A stretch of 64,000 bases of DNA from Candidatus Omnitrophota bacterium (GCA_021159015.1 JAGGSQ010000069.1:1332-65331); one strand, 5' to 3'; shown: positions 28,721 through 38,254, counted from the first letter of the stretch. A program made the numbers and translations. The notes: generated from the letters alone by a model not told the origin.

Positions 28721-29599
28721 TTACCAGCGGGAACGCATTAAGGCTTTTACGGTAAAATTATATTCACTAACCCCCTGGTCGTACTTTGTATCTTTCATCA
28801 AAATATCAGTGCGGTGGCCGGTCCGCAAATCTTTACACTCTAAAGACATCTGAGCAGGATATTTCTTATCGCCGGCTTTAGTCCAGACCCATTCCCGAAA
28901 AAGCGTCTTAAACAGCTTCCCGTTTTTATCGTAATACTCCTCAAAAATGCCGCCGCCGGTATCTTTATCTATCCACACCTTTCTTTTGGCATAATACCAG
29001 TGCGGCCTTTGGGGATAGCATTCTATAATAAAACACGGCTTGCCGGCGAGTTTAGTTTCTCCTGTTGCTTCAAACTTGTAGCCTTTAAAATTTTCTTCCC
29101 CAACTAATTTATAACTTTCATCTTCAAAACGGCGGGTAGACACCTCTTCTACGGTCATATCCGAGCCCAGAAAAGCATCGTCATTCTGAGAAGCAGAAAT
29201 CTTTCTTACCTTCTTAAGGGAAGGCAGCCAGAGCCAGACATCCTGCTCTCTTTTGGCATCTTCATAAGTCCAAGTTAGAACCGCTAATCCTTTAAGCGCT
29301 GTAGGGTAAGTAAAAGCTACGATATCTTTGTAAGAAATTCCCTCCTGACCTCCTTTTATCATCCGCATTCTTTTCCATATTCGTTTGCGCGTAAATCCAC
29401 TGCGGTCTACATATAAAACCTCCCCTATCTGCATATAATCACGGGCGAAAAAGGAATATTTGTTGTAGTAGGCAATGCGCATAATCTCATCGGCACTCAT
29501 TCCCTCCTGCGGTCGGTAAACTTTATAGTATTCCAGATTGGCCGCAAAAACTAAACTGCCAGCAAACAGCATTCCCCACAAAAGTCCTAGTTTTTTCAC
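28721..29599 (-). CDS. DUF1329/LolA-like lipoprotein-sorting family protein
   Basis: F.YP..LKG...L, W.WLPSLKKVRKI, FLGSD...E, YDKNGKLFK; GTG start with GGAGG. Confidence 0.82.
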   Translation of the reverse strand: MKKLGLLWGMLFAGSLVFAANLEYYKVYRPQEGMSADEIMRIAYYNKYSFFARDYMQIGEVLYVDRSGFTRKRIWKRMRMIKGGQEGISYKDIVAFTYPTALKGLAVLTWTYEDAKREQDVWLWLPSLKKVRKISASQNDDAFLGSDMTVEEVSTRRFEDESYKLVGEENFKGYKFEATGETKLAGKPCFIIECYPQRPHWYYAKRKVWIDKDTGGGIFEEYYDKNGKLFKTLFREWVWTKAGDKKYPAQMSLECKDLRTGHRTDILMKDTKYDQGVSEYNFTVKALMRSRW

Positions 29600-32046
29600 A
29601 CTCCACCTCCTGTTTTGAAAAAACTTACTTTTCTTCCCCGTCTCTCTACCCCCTTTTTTAATCTTCTCTTTACTCTTCCCCACAAAAAGGCCGGCTTTAG
29701 CCACCAGACCAGCAACGGAACCATTACTAAGGAGATAACCATATTAAGCACCAAGGACAGGCACAAAATTATCCCCAGCTTTGCCTGAAAGAGAATAGGA
29801 GAAAAAACCCATACCAGTATCCCCAGAGAAACTACTGCCCCACTGAAAAATACCGCTTTGCCGCTGGTAATCAAAGTATAATGGAGTATATCCTTATAAG
29901 TATGACGTTTCTGGCGCATCTCATCATACAAACGAGCCAGAATATAAATGCCGTAATTAATCCCCAGCCCTTCGCTTAAAGAGACCAGGGGAAGAATCTC
30001 GGTGGTAATAGAAATCCCCAGAAATCCCAAAAGAGAAAAAATAACTAAGTTGCTAAGAACAAGAGGCAGAAGCAGAAACCAGCCGGCAGTAAAAGAGCGG
30101 TAAATAAAGCTGACATAAAAGAAAATTAAAAGAGAGATAAAGAGAGCATTGGGAAGAATAGTTTTTTTAATGATATCGTTTATGGCATAGAAAATGCCAA
30201 TGTCTCCCCCCGCATAGAGAAATTTTATATCCTTGAATTTATGCTTTTGAAAGTACTGATGCGTTTTCTCCACCGCTAAATTTACCGTAGTTGATTTATG
30301 GTCGCGGAAATCAAATTTAATATTGCAGGATTTCTCGTCGCGGCTGATTAGATGGTCATAATCAGAGGGAAATCCCGAAAGCGTATAAAGAAACCAGTAT
30401 TGGGCAATAACATCGTCTTGGGAAGGAATTTTAAAATATTCTCTCTTGCCAGCAAACATAAACATATTTAAAGCTTTGACTGCATCTACCACGGACAAAG
30501 ACGATCCGACTTGTAGCACCTGCTGCTGGAGATACCTCTGAAAACTATCGATAGCCCTTAATTTATCAGCTTTAAGCAAAGAAGAGGAGGATTTTGCTAG
30601 AATATAGTAGGAATTTGTTCCTCCGAAATTGTCGTTAATAAATTTCTCGGCCCGGTTATAAGGGCTGTGGGGATAAAGATAACTTGAGCCTTCTGTATTG
30701 TCGCCAATAACTATTTTTTTTATCCCTCCCAGAGAAAGCAGGCCGGCAATAATGAAACCCGTAATTAAAATTGTGCCGGCTCTCTTATTCAAAGAGAAAA
30801 TACTTATCTTCGCCAGCATCCTATCTACCCACAGATGCCGTTCTTCTCTTTCCACGGCCAATATTTTAGGCCGGTGCAAAAATGACAAAACACAAGGCGT
30901 AAACATAAAGGAAGTGAAGAAGTTGGCGAAAATGCCCAGCCCGCTGGCCAGAGCCATACTTTTTATGGTAGAAAGAGGCACCATTACCAAAGATAAAAAC
31001 CCGAACCCGTCTGTAAATACACAGGCGAGCCCCGGCAGAAACAAATAGGCCATGGTATTTACTATAGCGTGCTTGCTTTTCATTTTAGGGCTGCGCATTT
31101 CCTCATAATAACGCTTAAGTGTGTGCACAGAATGGCTGATACCTAAAGAAAGAACAATAAAGGGCACCAAGATTGTAGCCGGGTCAAGCCGCAGGCCTAG
31201 AAGTTTCATTGTTCCCATACCCCAGATAGTAGCCATAGAAGAATCTAAAAGAGGCAGGAGTATGCCGCGGCGGGAACGAAAGGTAAAAAACAGAATAAGG
31301 GAAATCACCAGCATACTTACTGCCAATACCTTAAACATAGAAGGAAGGTAAAAATTAAGCCAGCCTTCTAAAATAGGACGGCCGGCAATATAAATCTCGG
31401 TGTTTTTGTCTTCATATTTTTTCTTCAACTTCTGCAAAGTAGAGAATATATAGCTGGTTTTTACTCCCGAATTAAAATCTACCTGGATAAAAGTGGACCG
31501 GAAATCACGCGAGACCATTTTGCCGTAAACATTGGGGTTAATCTCAATTTTTCTTTTCAATTCCTCCCTGCCTCTTTCGTCCTGAGGCGGATAACGCAAA
31601 AGGCGTTCTACAAAAAAACCCTCTTCGTCAGCTACAATATGTTTTATATGGCGGCTGGCTAAAGAATAAACGCGGCTGATATTTACACCCTTAACCAAAT
31701 ACAAATCTTCCGTTAAAGATATCAGCTTATCCAAAAACTTAGCATTAAGAATTGTCCCTTCCTTAACCCGCAGGGCCAAAGATACCTGGTTAAGGCCGCC
31801 GAAGATATGCGTAAGCTGGTGCTGCACTTCTACAAAGGGATGTTTCTGAGGCAGGAAATCTTCCAGGTGTGTTTCTACCTTTATCGTACCTAACACACTA
31901 AGAAAAAATACTGTTAACGCTGTGCAAGCTATAATGATATATATCCGCAGATGCACTATCCTGCGTGCCAGTCTATACTGCCAGCTACTGGTTAGACCTC
32001 TGCTTTCGCCTGAAGCATACTTTATTCTACCGGTGCCTGCTCCCAT
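29596..32046 (-). CDS. MMPL/RND-family lipid transporter (HpnN-like)
   Basis: Two repeats of TM-periplasmic domain-5TM; GISHSVH and GLGINYGIY motifs. Confidence 0.88.
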   Translation of the reverse strand: MGAGTGRIKYASGESRGLTSSWQYRLARRIVHLRIYIIIACTALTVFFLSVLGTIKVETHLEDFLPQKHPFVEVQHQLTHIFGGLNQVSLALRVKEGTILNAKFLDKLISLTEDLYLVKGVNISRVYSLASRHIKHIVADEEGFFVERLLRYPPQDERGREELKRKIEINPNVYGKMVSRDFRSTFIQVDFNSGVKTSYIFSTLQKLKKKYEDKNTEIYIAGRPILEGWLNFYLPSMFKVLAVSMLVISLILFFTFRSRRGILLPLLDSSMATIWGMGTMKLLGLRLDPATILVPFIVLSLGISHSVHTLKRYYEEMRSPKMKSKHAIVNTMAYLFLPGLACVFTDGFGFLSLVMVPLSTIKSMALASGLGIFANFFTSFMFTPCVLSFLHRPKILAVEREERHLWVDRMLAKISIFSLNKRAGTILITGFIIAGLLSLGGIKKIVIGDNTEGSSYLYPHSPYNRAEKFINDNFGGTNSYYILAKSSSSLLKADKLRAIDSFQRYLQQQVLQVGSSLSVVDAVKALNMFMFAGKREYFKIPSQDDVIAQYWFLYTLSGFPSDYDHLISRDEKSCNIKFDFRDHKSTTVNLAVEKTHQYFQKHKFKDIKFLYAGGDIGIFYAINDIIKKTILPNALFISLLIFFYVSFIYRSFTAGWFLLLPLVLSNLVIFSLLGFLGISITTEILPLVSLSEGLGINYGIYILARLYDEMRQKRHTYKDILHYTLITSGKAVFFSGAVVSLGILVWVFSPILFQAKLGIILCLSLVLNMVISLVMVPLLVWWLKPAFLWGRVKRRLKKGVERRGRKVSFFKTGGGV

Positions 32047-33008
32047 AATTTGAAAGTCCTTACTAATACCGGATACCAGCGGCTCATCTTAGTAAAATCA
32101 CCTTTAGTCTTTACCTTGCCTTGCGTAGAGGCGACAAAAGCATCCAGCTTGCGGTTGAAAACTTTTTTTAATATATCCGCGCGGCCAATGATTAAGAAAT
32201 CCACCCCTTCTGCTTCCTCGCTTACCTTAACTATGCGCCCAGCCTGGTAATGAAAGCAAACTGCCCTGCCGCTATCCTGGTCTTTAACCGCCAGCCGGCA
32301 GGTCAAATCATATTTCCTTCCCAGCTCCTGGGCCTGAGGGTCATTGTTAACCAATTCCGCCAGTTTAGCTATATGCGCGGGTGAAAGCAGTTTGTACTTC
32401 TTTAACGATCCCGGCTCCTGAGGCAGCTCTCTATCCGCGGCCAAAGCGGTGCGGGACTGAGATTTCAGAATCAGGTTTATTTTTGCCTGCTCCTCTAAAA
32501 GTTCAATGAGGCTGAACGCTTCTTTGAAATCCTGGCCTATGCTTACCACCCCGTGCTGTCCTAAAACTACTATATTGGAATCAGCCAGCGCCTCTAAAAC
32601 CGGTGCAATATGGGTAACCGTAGGAGTCTCCTGAGGAACAACTTTTATTTCTCCCAAATAAAATTTCGCCTCAAAAGAAAATATGTCCAGCCTGCCAAAA
32701 TAATGAAAAAAGGCTACTGTATAAGGAGAATGCGAATGCAGGACGACTTTGACGTGAGGGAATTTACTATGTATGCCTAAATGCAAACCCTTCTCGCTGG
32801 TAGCTTCTCCTTTTCCCTCCAAAACATTGCCCTTGCTGTCAACCATAAGAATATCTTCATAAGAAAGCTCTCCCAAATAACAGTCGTGAGAAGTTATAAG
32901 AATACCTTCGTCTACTTTTAAAGAAATATTGCCGCTTCTGGCGCTAACTAAACCCCGTTCATTCAGGCGGCGGGCCCAATAGATTATTTGTTCTTTTTGC
33001 TTATCCAT
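32022..33008 (-). CDS. class II aldolase fused to a C-terminal SCP2-like lipid-binding domain
   Basis: SGNIS, TSE..LH, HSHSPY, HGV; C-terminal D..I.G......V...KLDAFVA..QGKVK.KGD. Confidence 0.85.
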   Translation of the reverse strand: MDKQKEQIIYWARRLNERGLVSARSGNISLKVDEGILITSHDCYLGELSYEDILMVDSKGNVLEGKGEATSEKGLHLGIHSKFPHVKVVLHSHSPYTVAFFHYFGRLDIFSFEAKFYLGEIKVVPQETPTVTHIAPVLEALADSNIVVLGQHGVVSIGQDFKEAFSLIELLEEQAKINLILKSQSRTALAADRELPQEPGSLKKYKLLSPAHIAKLAELVNNDPQAQELGRKYDLTCRLAVKDQDSGRAVCFHYQAGRIVKVSEEAEGVDFLIIGRADILKKVFNRKLDAFVASTQGKVKTKGDFTKMSRWYPVLVRTFKLWEQAPVE

Positions 33009-33486
33009 CTCCTTCCTCCTTAATGAGATCAAGCCGAGGCTTCTCGACCTCCCCCAGAAGACTTTCTGCATACATAGGACGTCCGGCTAAAGTAGAAGCA
33101 TCACTATCAGAAAATTTATCTAAATCCAGCTCTGTCCCTGCTGCAAATTTCACATCCACATTGTGATATTTAGCTAATTCATATACATACAAAGAACTAC
33201 TTAAACACAAATATCCATCGTCCATCTTCTTCTGATAAAGAATCAGAAGCTCCTTTATTTTTTGCTGGTAAAAAAGATGCCCCAGCATATTATCAGTACA
33301 ATATAAAAATTCTAAACCAGCAGCAGATAAAGCATCTCTATTCCATCCCAGTCCCAATAAATACGGCCGCAACTCAGGATTTACCAATACGAACCCCCTA
33401 TGAAATTTCTCTTTCAAATAAATAACGGCCTCTTCAGACAAAATTCCCCAAAACAAAACAGCTTTTTTTATATTCGTTATTTCCAT
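33001..33486 (-). CDS. degenerate MtnA/eIF2B-like C-terminal-domain protein
   Basis: PELRPYLLG and CTDNMLG echo ETRPYLQG and ICDNQVA of the adjacent MtnA. Confidence 0.6.
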   Translation of the reverse strand: MEITNIKKAVLFWGILSEEAVIYLKEKFHRGFVLVNPELRPYLLGLGWNRDALSAAGLEFLYCTDNMLGHLFYQQKIKELLILYQKKMDDGYLCLSSSLYVYELAKYHNVDVKFAAGTELDLDKFSDSDASTLAGRPMYAESLLGEVEKPRLDLIKEEGDG

Positions 33487-34430
33487 TTCCTCTTATCGTT
33501 CAGGCGCAGCTCCTCCAGCCCTACCCAGCCGCTAATCAGTTCTTGGGGCACAATGTCAAAACTGGGATATATAGCCTCTATATTCTCTTTATCAGGTATA
33601 TTCTCTAAAAACATAAAAACTTCCTGCGGGGGACGCTCTTCAATTCCAACCTTTTCTATAGAAAAATCATAAGGATATTGTACAAAAGCATAGACAGGAA
33701 TGTTGTAGATGCCAGCCAGACAGCTTAAAGCATAAGTTCCAACTTTATTAATAATATCTCCCTGTAAATTCGCCCTGTCCGCGCCACAAACTACAGCGTT
33801 AACTTTTTTCTCAGCCATAACTTTAGCAACCTGGTTGTCACAGATAAGAATAGTATTTACCCCTGCTCGCTGCAACTCCCACGTAGTAAGACGTGCTCCT
33901 TGCAGATAAGGACGTGTCTCGCTAACATAAAACCTGTATTCTTTACCTAAATTCCTCAAAGCCTCAGCCAGATAAATTAGCTCCCCGTTAATATTACATA
34001 TGGTAAGAATAGAACTTTGCTGTGGCAAGACCTCAGCTAAGGCGGCGCAGCGCCTGCGGCGGGCTTTGTCAAAACCGTCCAAAAATGTGGCGATTATTTC
34101 AGATAATGGCTTATCTTCTCTCAAAGACTTTTTAAGAAGAGAGGAAAGAGAAAAAAAATCAAAGGTAGGACGCGTGGCTTTGAATTTCTTGGCCACCAAG
34201 TCCGCCAGAGTACTTTTATCCTGGTACTCCTCCTCTAGCAGCTGGCAAGTATAGAAATATAAAAGCACCTGGCCGAAGGCCCGTGTCTTCATCTCGCGCA
34301 GGCAAAACAGGGCATCTTCTAAATTAAGCACCTCCAGATACTTCTCTTCCCAGGGCAGAAGTGTCTCATCCAGAACCAGAATTTTTTTGCCCTGCATCCT
34401 GACTGGAAACGAAAGAGGTGAATTAAACAT
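33477..34430 (-). CDS. mtnA: MtnA-like ribose-1-phosphate isomerase (eIF2B family)
   Basis: LDETLLP, RPT, TICN, ETRPYLQGARLT.WEL, GADR, NKVGT, IEER, FDI.P. Confidence 0.85.
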   Translation of the reverse strand: MFNSPLSFPVRMQGKKILVLDETLLPWEEKYLEVLNLEDALFCLREMKTRAFGQVLLYFYTCQLLEEEYQDKSTLADLVAKKFKATRPTFDFFSLSSLLKKSLREDKPLSEIIATFLDGFDKARRRRCAALAEVLPQQSSILTICNINGELIYLAEALRNLGKEYRFYVSETRPYLQGARLTTWELQRAGVNTILICDNQVAKVMAEKKVNAVVCGADRANLQGDIINKVGTYALSCLAGIYNIPVYAFVQYPYDFSIEKVGIEERPPQEVFMFLENIPDKENIEAIYPSFDIVPQELISGWVGLEELRLNDKRKWK

Positions 34431-35163
34431 CTGAATCTAAAACAAATTCGAATACTCCCTTAATCATTTTCTCCTGAGCCTCGAACAGCTTAAAATCAGA
34501 AAAACCTAATTCTCCGGTTATTAGATTATCGGAAGCCAGAAGCACCGCACAACTCTTTTTGCCGTAAAGGTTAGCCAGGGTAACAAAGGGACTGGTCACC
34601 ATATCCACAGCAATGGCCCCTTTGGCGATGTAAGAGTTGACTATTTCTTTTGCCTCCCGGAACAAAGCGTCTGTTGTCCATATGCCGCCTCTATGCACTT
34701 TGCCTTTTTTCTCCATAACTTTACACAGCTTATCTGACAAGTCTTTATCTACCGCAGGCGAGAAATCATCCTTGACATAATAACGCGTAGCACCATCTCC
34801 CCGCAGGATTTTATCGGCAATAATAAAATTTCCTATCTCAATATCTTCTCGCAATGCCCCGCAGGAGCCCAGCCGCACCAATATGTCTATGCCGGCATTA
34901 CAGAGAAGCTCGGTAACAAAGGCGGAGTCGGGAGAATAAAAGCCGCCGTTGCCTACGGTAATCTTTCTGCCCTTATAGAACCCTGTCCAGAAAGTATAGC
35001 CTAAGAAGGTAAAATTCTTCGTCGGCCTCTCCAGCATATCCAGGCACAATTTAGCTCTCTGCGGCTGGCCGGAGACAAGAGCAATCTTGCCAAAATCGCC
35101 TTCTTTGAACTGTAAGTGCTCCAGCAAATCTTTCGGTTTTAAGTGGACATCCCGCTGCATCAT
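34423..35163 (-). CDS. nucleoside phosphorylase (DeoD/Udp family), divergent
   Basis: G.P.RA, RLGSCGAL, WTTDALFRE, SDNL. Confidence 0.85.
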   Translation of the reverse strand: MMQRDVHLKPKDLLEHLQFKEGDFGKIALVSGQPQRAKLCLDMLERPTKNFTFLGYTFWTGFYKGRKITVGNGGFYSPDSAFVTELLCNAGIDILVRLGSCGALREDIEIGNFIIADKILRGDGATRYYVKDDFSPAVDKDLSDKLCKVMEKKGKVHRGGIWTTDALFREAKEIVNSYIAKGAIAVDMVTSPFVTLANLYGKKSCAVLLASDNLITGELGFSDFKLFEAQEKMIKGVFEFVLDSDV

Positions 35164-35213
35164 AACAAATTTCCTCCTTAATGTTTTTACTACCCCTGCT
35201 GCTCTGCAAAAGT

Positions 35214-36686
35214 TTAGACGTAAAGTTCGTCGGTTTGAGATGCTTTCTCAAAACGTGACATATTCTCCATATAAGAACGGAAGCAAAGCCCTACTAAAGG
35301 ATGATAAATCCTATTGTGCAGTATCCTTTCTACGCGTCCGGGCTTAGAATAGAATTCCCGCAAGGCCCAGGCTCCCAGCCTCCCAATAGCTTCCTGGGAC
35401 AAATGTTCAGTAGGAACCACAGGATGGTGAAAGTCCCAGGTTTTTAAATCGTCGAATTTGACCCAGCCTCTTTCTACATATTTAGGCCATATAGGAGAGC
35501 CAGGCATAGGCGTAAGATACTGTAGGGCGCAGATATCCGGGTCTATTCTGTCTACCGCTTCAAAACGCTTCTTTATTCTATATTCATCATCATTCTCAAA
35601 GCCCATCATCCAGGTAAGGACAGTAGCAATCCCTGCTTCTTTCAATTTAGCTACTGTCTCCTCTACCTGTTCTACGGTAATACCTTTGCCTAACTCCTCT
35701 AACTCTTCGTCCGTGGCTACCTCAATTCCCGCCAAAGCTAAAAAACAGCCTGCCTCTTTCATTTTAGGAAATAAATCTACATCCCGCAGGTAATAAGGAG
35801 CACGGCCTAAAAAGCACCAGGAAACCTTTTTGCTCAGACCCCGCTTAATCATATCCTCAATAAACTCTTCCATGCGCTGACGGGAGACATTGAAGCAGTC
35901 GTCCATCATGGTAACTACTTTTACCCCGAACTTATCGTGAAGAAGCTCCAGCTCGTCCGCTACGAGTTTGCCAGAACGAGCCCGAAAAAATCTTAAATCA
36001 GCGTTTCCCCGCGAGTCAAACTGCGACCACTCATAGCAAAAATTGCAACCGGCCGGACATCCCCGCGAGTTCCAGGTTTCTGTATAATGCTTCCAATAAT
36101 CATGCCCTACATATTTCTCCATAGGAAACAAATCATAAGCGGGCATAGGCAGTTCGTCCAGATTCTTTATTAACCCACGGTAGGAGGTAAGCACTATCTC
36201 TTCTCCCTCACGGAAAGCAAGACCTTTCACCTCTTTTACCTCTCTGCCGGACGCTATTGCTTCCACCAGCTCCACAAAGCTTATGTCCTGCTCTCCTACC
36301 AGACAATAATCAATCCAGGGGTTCCTCCTGAGAATCTGGCGCGGTGCAGAAGCATAAACCAAGCCGCCAGCAATAATAGTAATTTCGGGATACTTCTCTT
36401 TAACCAGCTTGGCTGCCTGATTATAACGGTAAACCACTGCCGCCCCTCCGGTAGTATGCAGAATATCTCCTATATGAATGATGTCCGGACGGGCTTTACC
36501 AATCTCCTCCAGCATCTGCTCGTTGCTCATTTCCCAGGCGCGACAGTCCAGAACCTGCAAAGCATATTCGGGATGCTTCTGGCGCAGAAGCGCGGCTATT
36601 TGCGCCTGCCCTATATTGGGCGCACGGTGTTTCCCCCAGGTTGACCAGGCACCTAAATTGGGCTGAAGAAACATTACTTTCATCAT
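35214..36686 (-). CDS. cobalamin-dependent radical SAM enzyme (BchE/class B-like)
   Basis: N-terminal B12-binding fold, SRGCPAGCNFC, DD.F, GIE, TP.PGS. Confidence 0.92.
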   Translation of the reverse strand: MMKVMFLQPNLGAWSTWGKHRAPNIGQAQIAALLRQKHPEYALQVLDCRAWEMSNEQMLEEIGKARPDIIHIGDILHTTGGAAVVYRYNQAAKLVKEKYPEITIIAGGLVYASAPRQILRRNPWIDYCLVGEQDISFVELVEAIASGREVKEVKGLAFREGEEIVLTSYRGLIKNLDELPMPAYDLFPMEKYVGHDYWKHYTETWNSRGCPAGCNFCYEWSQFDSRGNADLRFFRARSGKLVADELELLHDKFGVKVVTMMDDCFNVSRQRMEEFIEDMIKRGLSKKVSWCFLGRAPYYLRDVDLFPKMKEAGCFLALAGIEVATDEELEELGKGITVEQVEETVAKLKEAGIATVLTWMMGFENDDEYRIKKRFEAVDRIDPDICALQYLTPMPGSPIWPKYVERGWVKFDDLKTWDFHHPVVPTEHLSQEAIGRLGAWALREFYSKPGRVERILHNRIYHPLVGLCFRSYMENMSRFEKASQTDELYV

Positions 36687-36697
36687 AAACTCCTTTT

Positions 36698-38254
36698 TCA
36701 GTTTTTTATTCGGTTTTCTGCCATATGCTTCAATCTGCCTTCAGCAATCTTGCCGCTGCGCGTCTTGGGAAGCTCTTTCACAAACTCAAAGTAATGGGGG
36801 ATTTTAAAATGCGCCAGCTTCTTCTTCAAAAATTCTCTTAATTCTTCCTCTTTGACTTCTGTATCTTCTTTACTTACTATAAATACTTTGGGCACTTCTC
36901 CCCGCAAGCGGTCAGAAACACCCACAGCGGCACACTCCTGCACCGCCGGATGCTCGGACAAAGCTTTCTCTATCTCCCACAAAAAAACTATCTCTCCTCC
37001 TACTTTCAGCATCTGCTTCTTCCTTCCGGCAATGTAATAAAATCCTTTCTCATCTCTGTAGGCTAAATCGCCGGTGCGAAAAAAACCCTCTGGCGTAAAA
37101 GAGGCTTCATTTAAAGAGGGATTTTTATAATAGCCTTTGAATACGGCTTTGCCTCTGATTAACAACTCACCTACCTCGCCTTCTTTCACCTCCTCTCCTT
37201 CCTCATTAACAAGTTTTACTTCTACATCGGGCGAAGACACGCCGATACTCTCGATATTAGCAGAATCGGGCGGCGTAACAATGTTAGGAGGAGAAGTTTC
37301 GGTCATCCCCCAACCGTTGAGAAGTTTTGCCTGTGGACAAAGTTTGTGGAATTTCTTAAGCAAGCGCGGCGAAGAGGGAGCGCCAAAAACGACTACATAC
37401 CTCAAGGTTTTTAGATTAAATCCCTCCAAATCTTTAAGGGTAAACAGCGCTACATACATAGAAGGCACTATCCAGAAAAAGGTAATCTTAAATTGCTCAA
37501 TATTCTTAAGGAACTGGCGGGGAGCAAATCTTTCCATTAACACAACCTGCAGACCAAAATATACCATTAACAGAAAATACACCCATCCCCCTGCATGAGA
37601 AAGAGGAATAGCACAAAGAACATTATCGTTCTCATTGATATCGGAAAGGAAATACTTTACTTGCCGCGGCGAATACTCAAGATTGTCGTAAGTAATAACT
37701 ACGGCTTTAGGCTGGCCGGTGGTTCCGGAAGTATAAGAAATTATAGCCTCCTCACCCCGAGCATTGTCTATAAAGGCTCCTGCCTTTTCCTCTGCCCCGT
37801 TCTTTATCAGCTGAGAAAAACTCAAAAAATCACCCTCCCGAGTTTCTTGTGTTTCATCAACTAACACTATCTTCACCCCTGTATCTCTCTCCAGCCTGTC
37901 ATAATTTATATTGATACGCCTCCTGGCAATAAGGATATCTACCTGGGCGTGTTTCAAAATGCTTATTAATTCCTCCTCGCTCAACATAAAATCAAGCGGC
38001 ACAGCACAAAAGTGCAAAGAGAATATAGCCGTGTAGGCTACTATATACTCCCAGCTATTGGGAAGAAATATACCTATGCGTGCCGGTTGGCAAGGAGTTA
38101 ATTCCCAAAGGCCTGCCGCACACTTAAGGCCTAATTGGTGCAGCTGGCCAAAGGTTATTTTTTTCTCTCCTGAAATAAGAGCCACCTTATCAGGGAATAA
38201 TTTACTCTTATTTTTTAGAAGAAGAGTAAAATTAAAGATTTTTCTCTCTTCCAT
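36698..38254 (-). CDS. long-chain acyl-CoA synthetase/AMP-dependent ligase
   Basis: YTSGTTGQPK, GWGMTE, FRTGD, GRKK, LPKT.SGKI. Confidence 0.93.
   Translation of the reverse strand: MEERKIFNFTLLLKNKSKLFPDKVALISGEKKITFGQLHQLGLKCAAGLWELTPCQPARIGIFLPNSWEYIVAYTAIFSLHFCAVPLDFMLSEEELISILKHAQVDILIARRRININYDRLERDTGVKIVLVDETQETREGDFLSFSQLIKNGAEEKAGAFIDNARGEEAIISYTSGTTGQPKAVVITYDNLEYSPRQVKYFLSDINENDNVLCAIPLSHAGGWVYFLLMVYFGLQVVLMERFAPRQFLKNIEQFKITFFWIVPSMYVALFTLKDLEGFNLKTLRYVVVFGAPSSPRLLKKFHKLCPQAKLLNGWGMTETSPPNIVTPPDSANIESIGVSSPDVEVKLVNEEGEEVKEGEVGELLIRGKAVFKGYYKNPSLNEASFTPEGFFRTGDLAYRDEKGFYYIAGRKKQMLKVGGEIVFLWEIEKALSEHPAVQECAAVGVSDRLRGEVPKVFIVSKEDTEVKEEELREFLKKKLAHFKIPHYFEFVKELPKTRSGKIAEGRLKHMAENRIKN

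Noticed and set aside
35214-36686. Assigning bchE (anaerobic Mg-protoporphyrin cyclase)
   Set aside because: Family resemblance only; there are no chlorophyll genes and the context is lipid and nucleoside enzymes.
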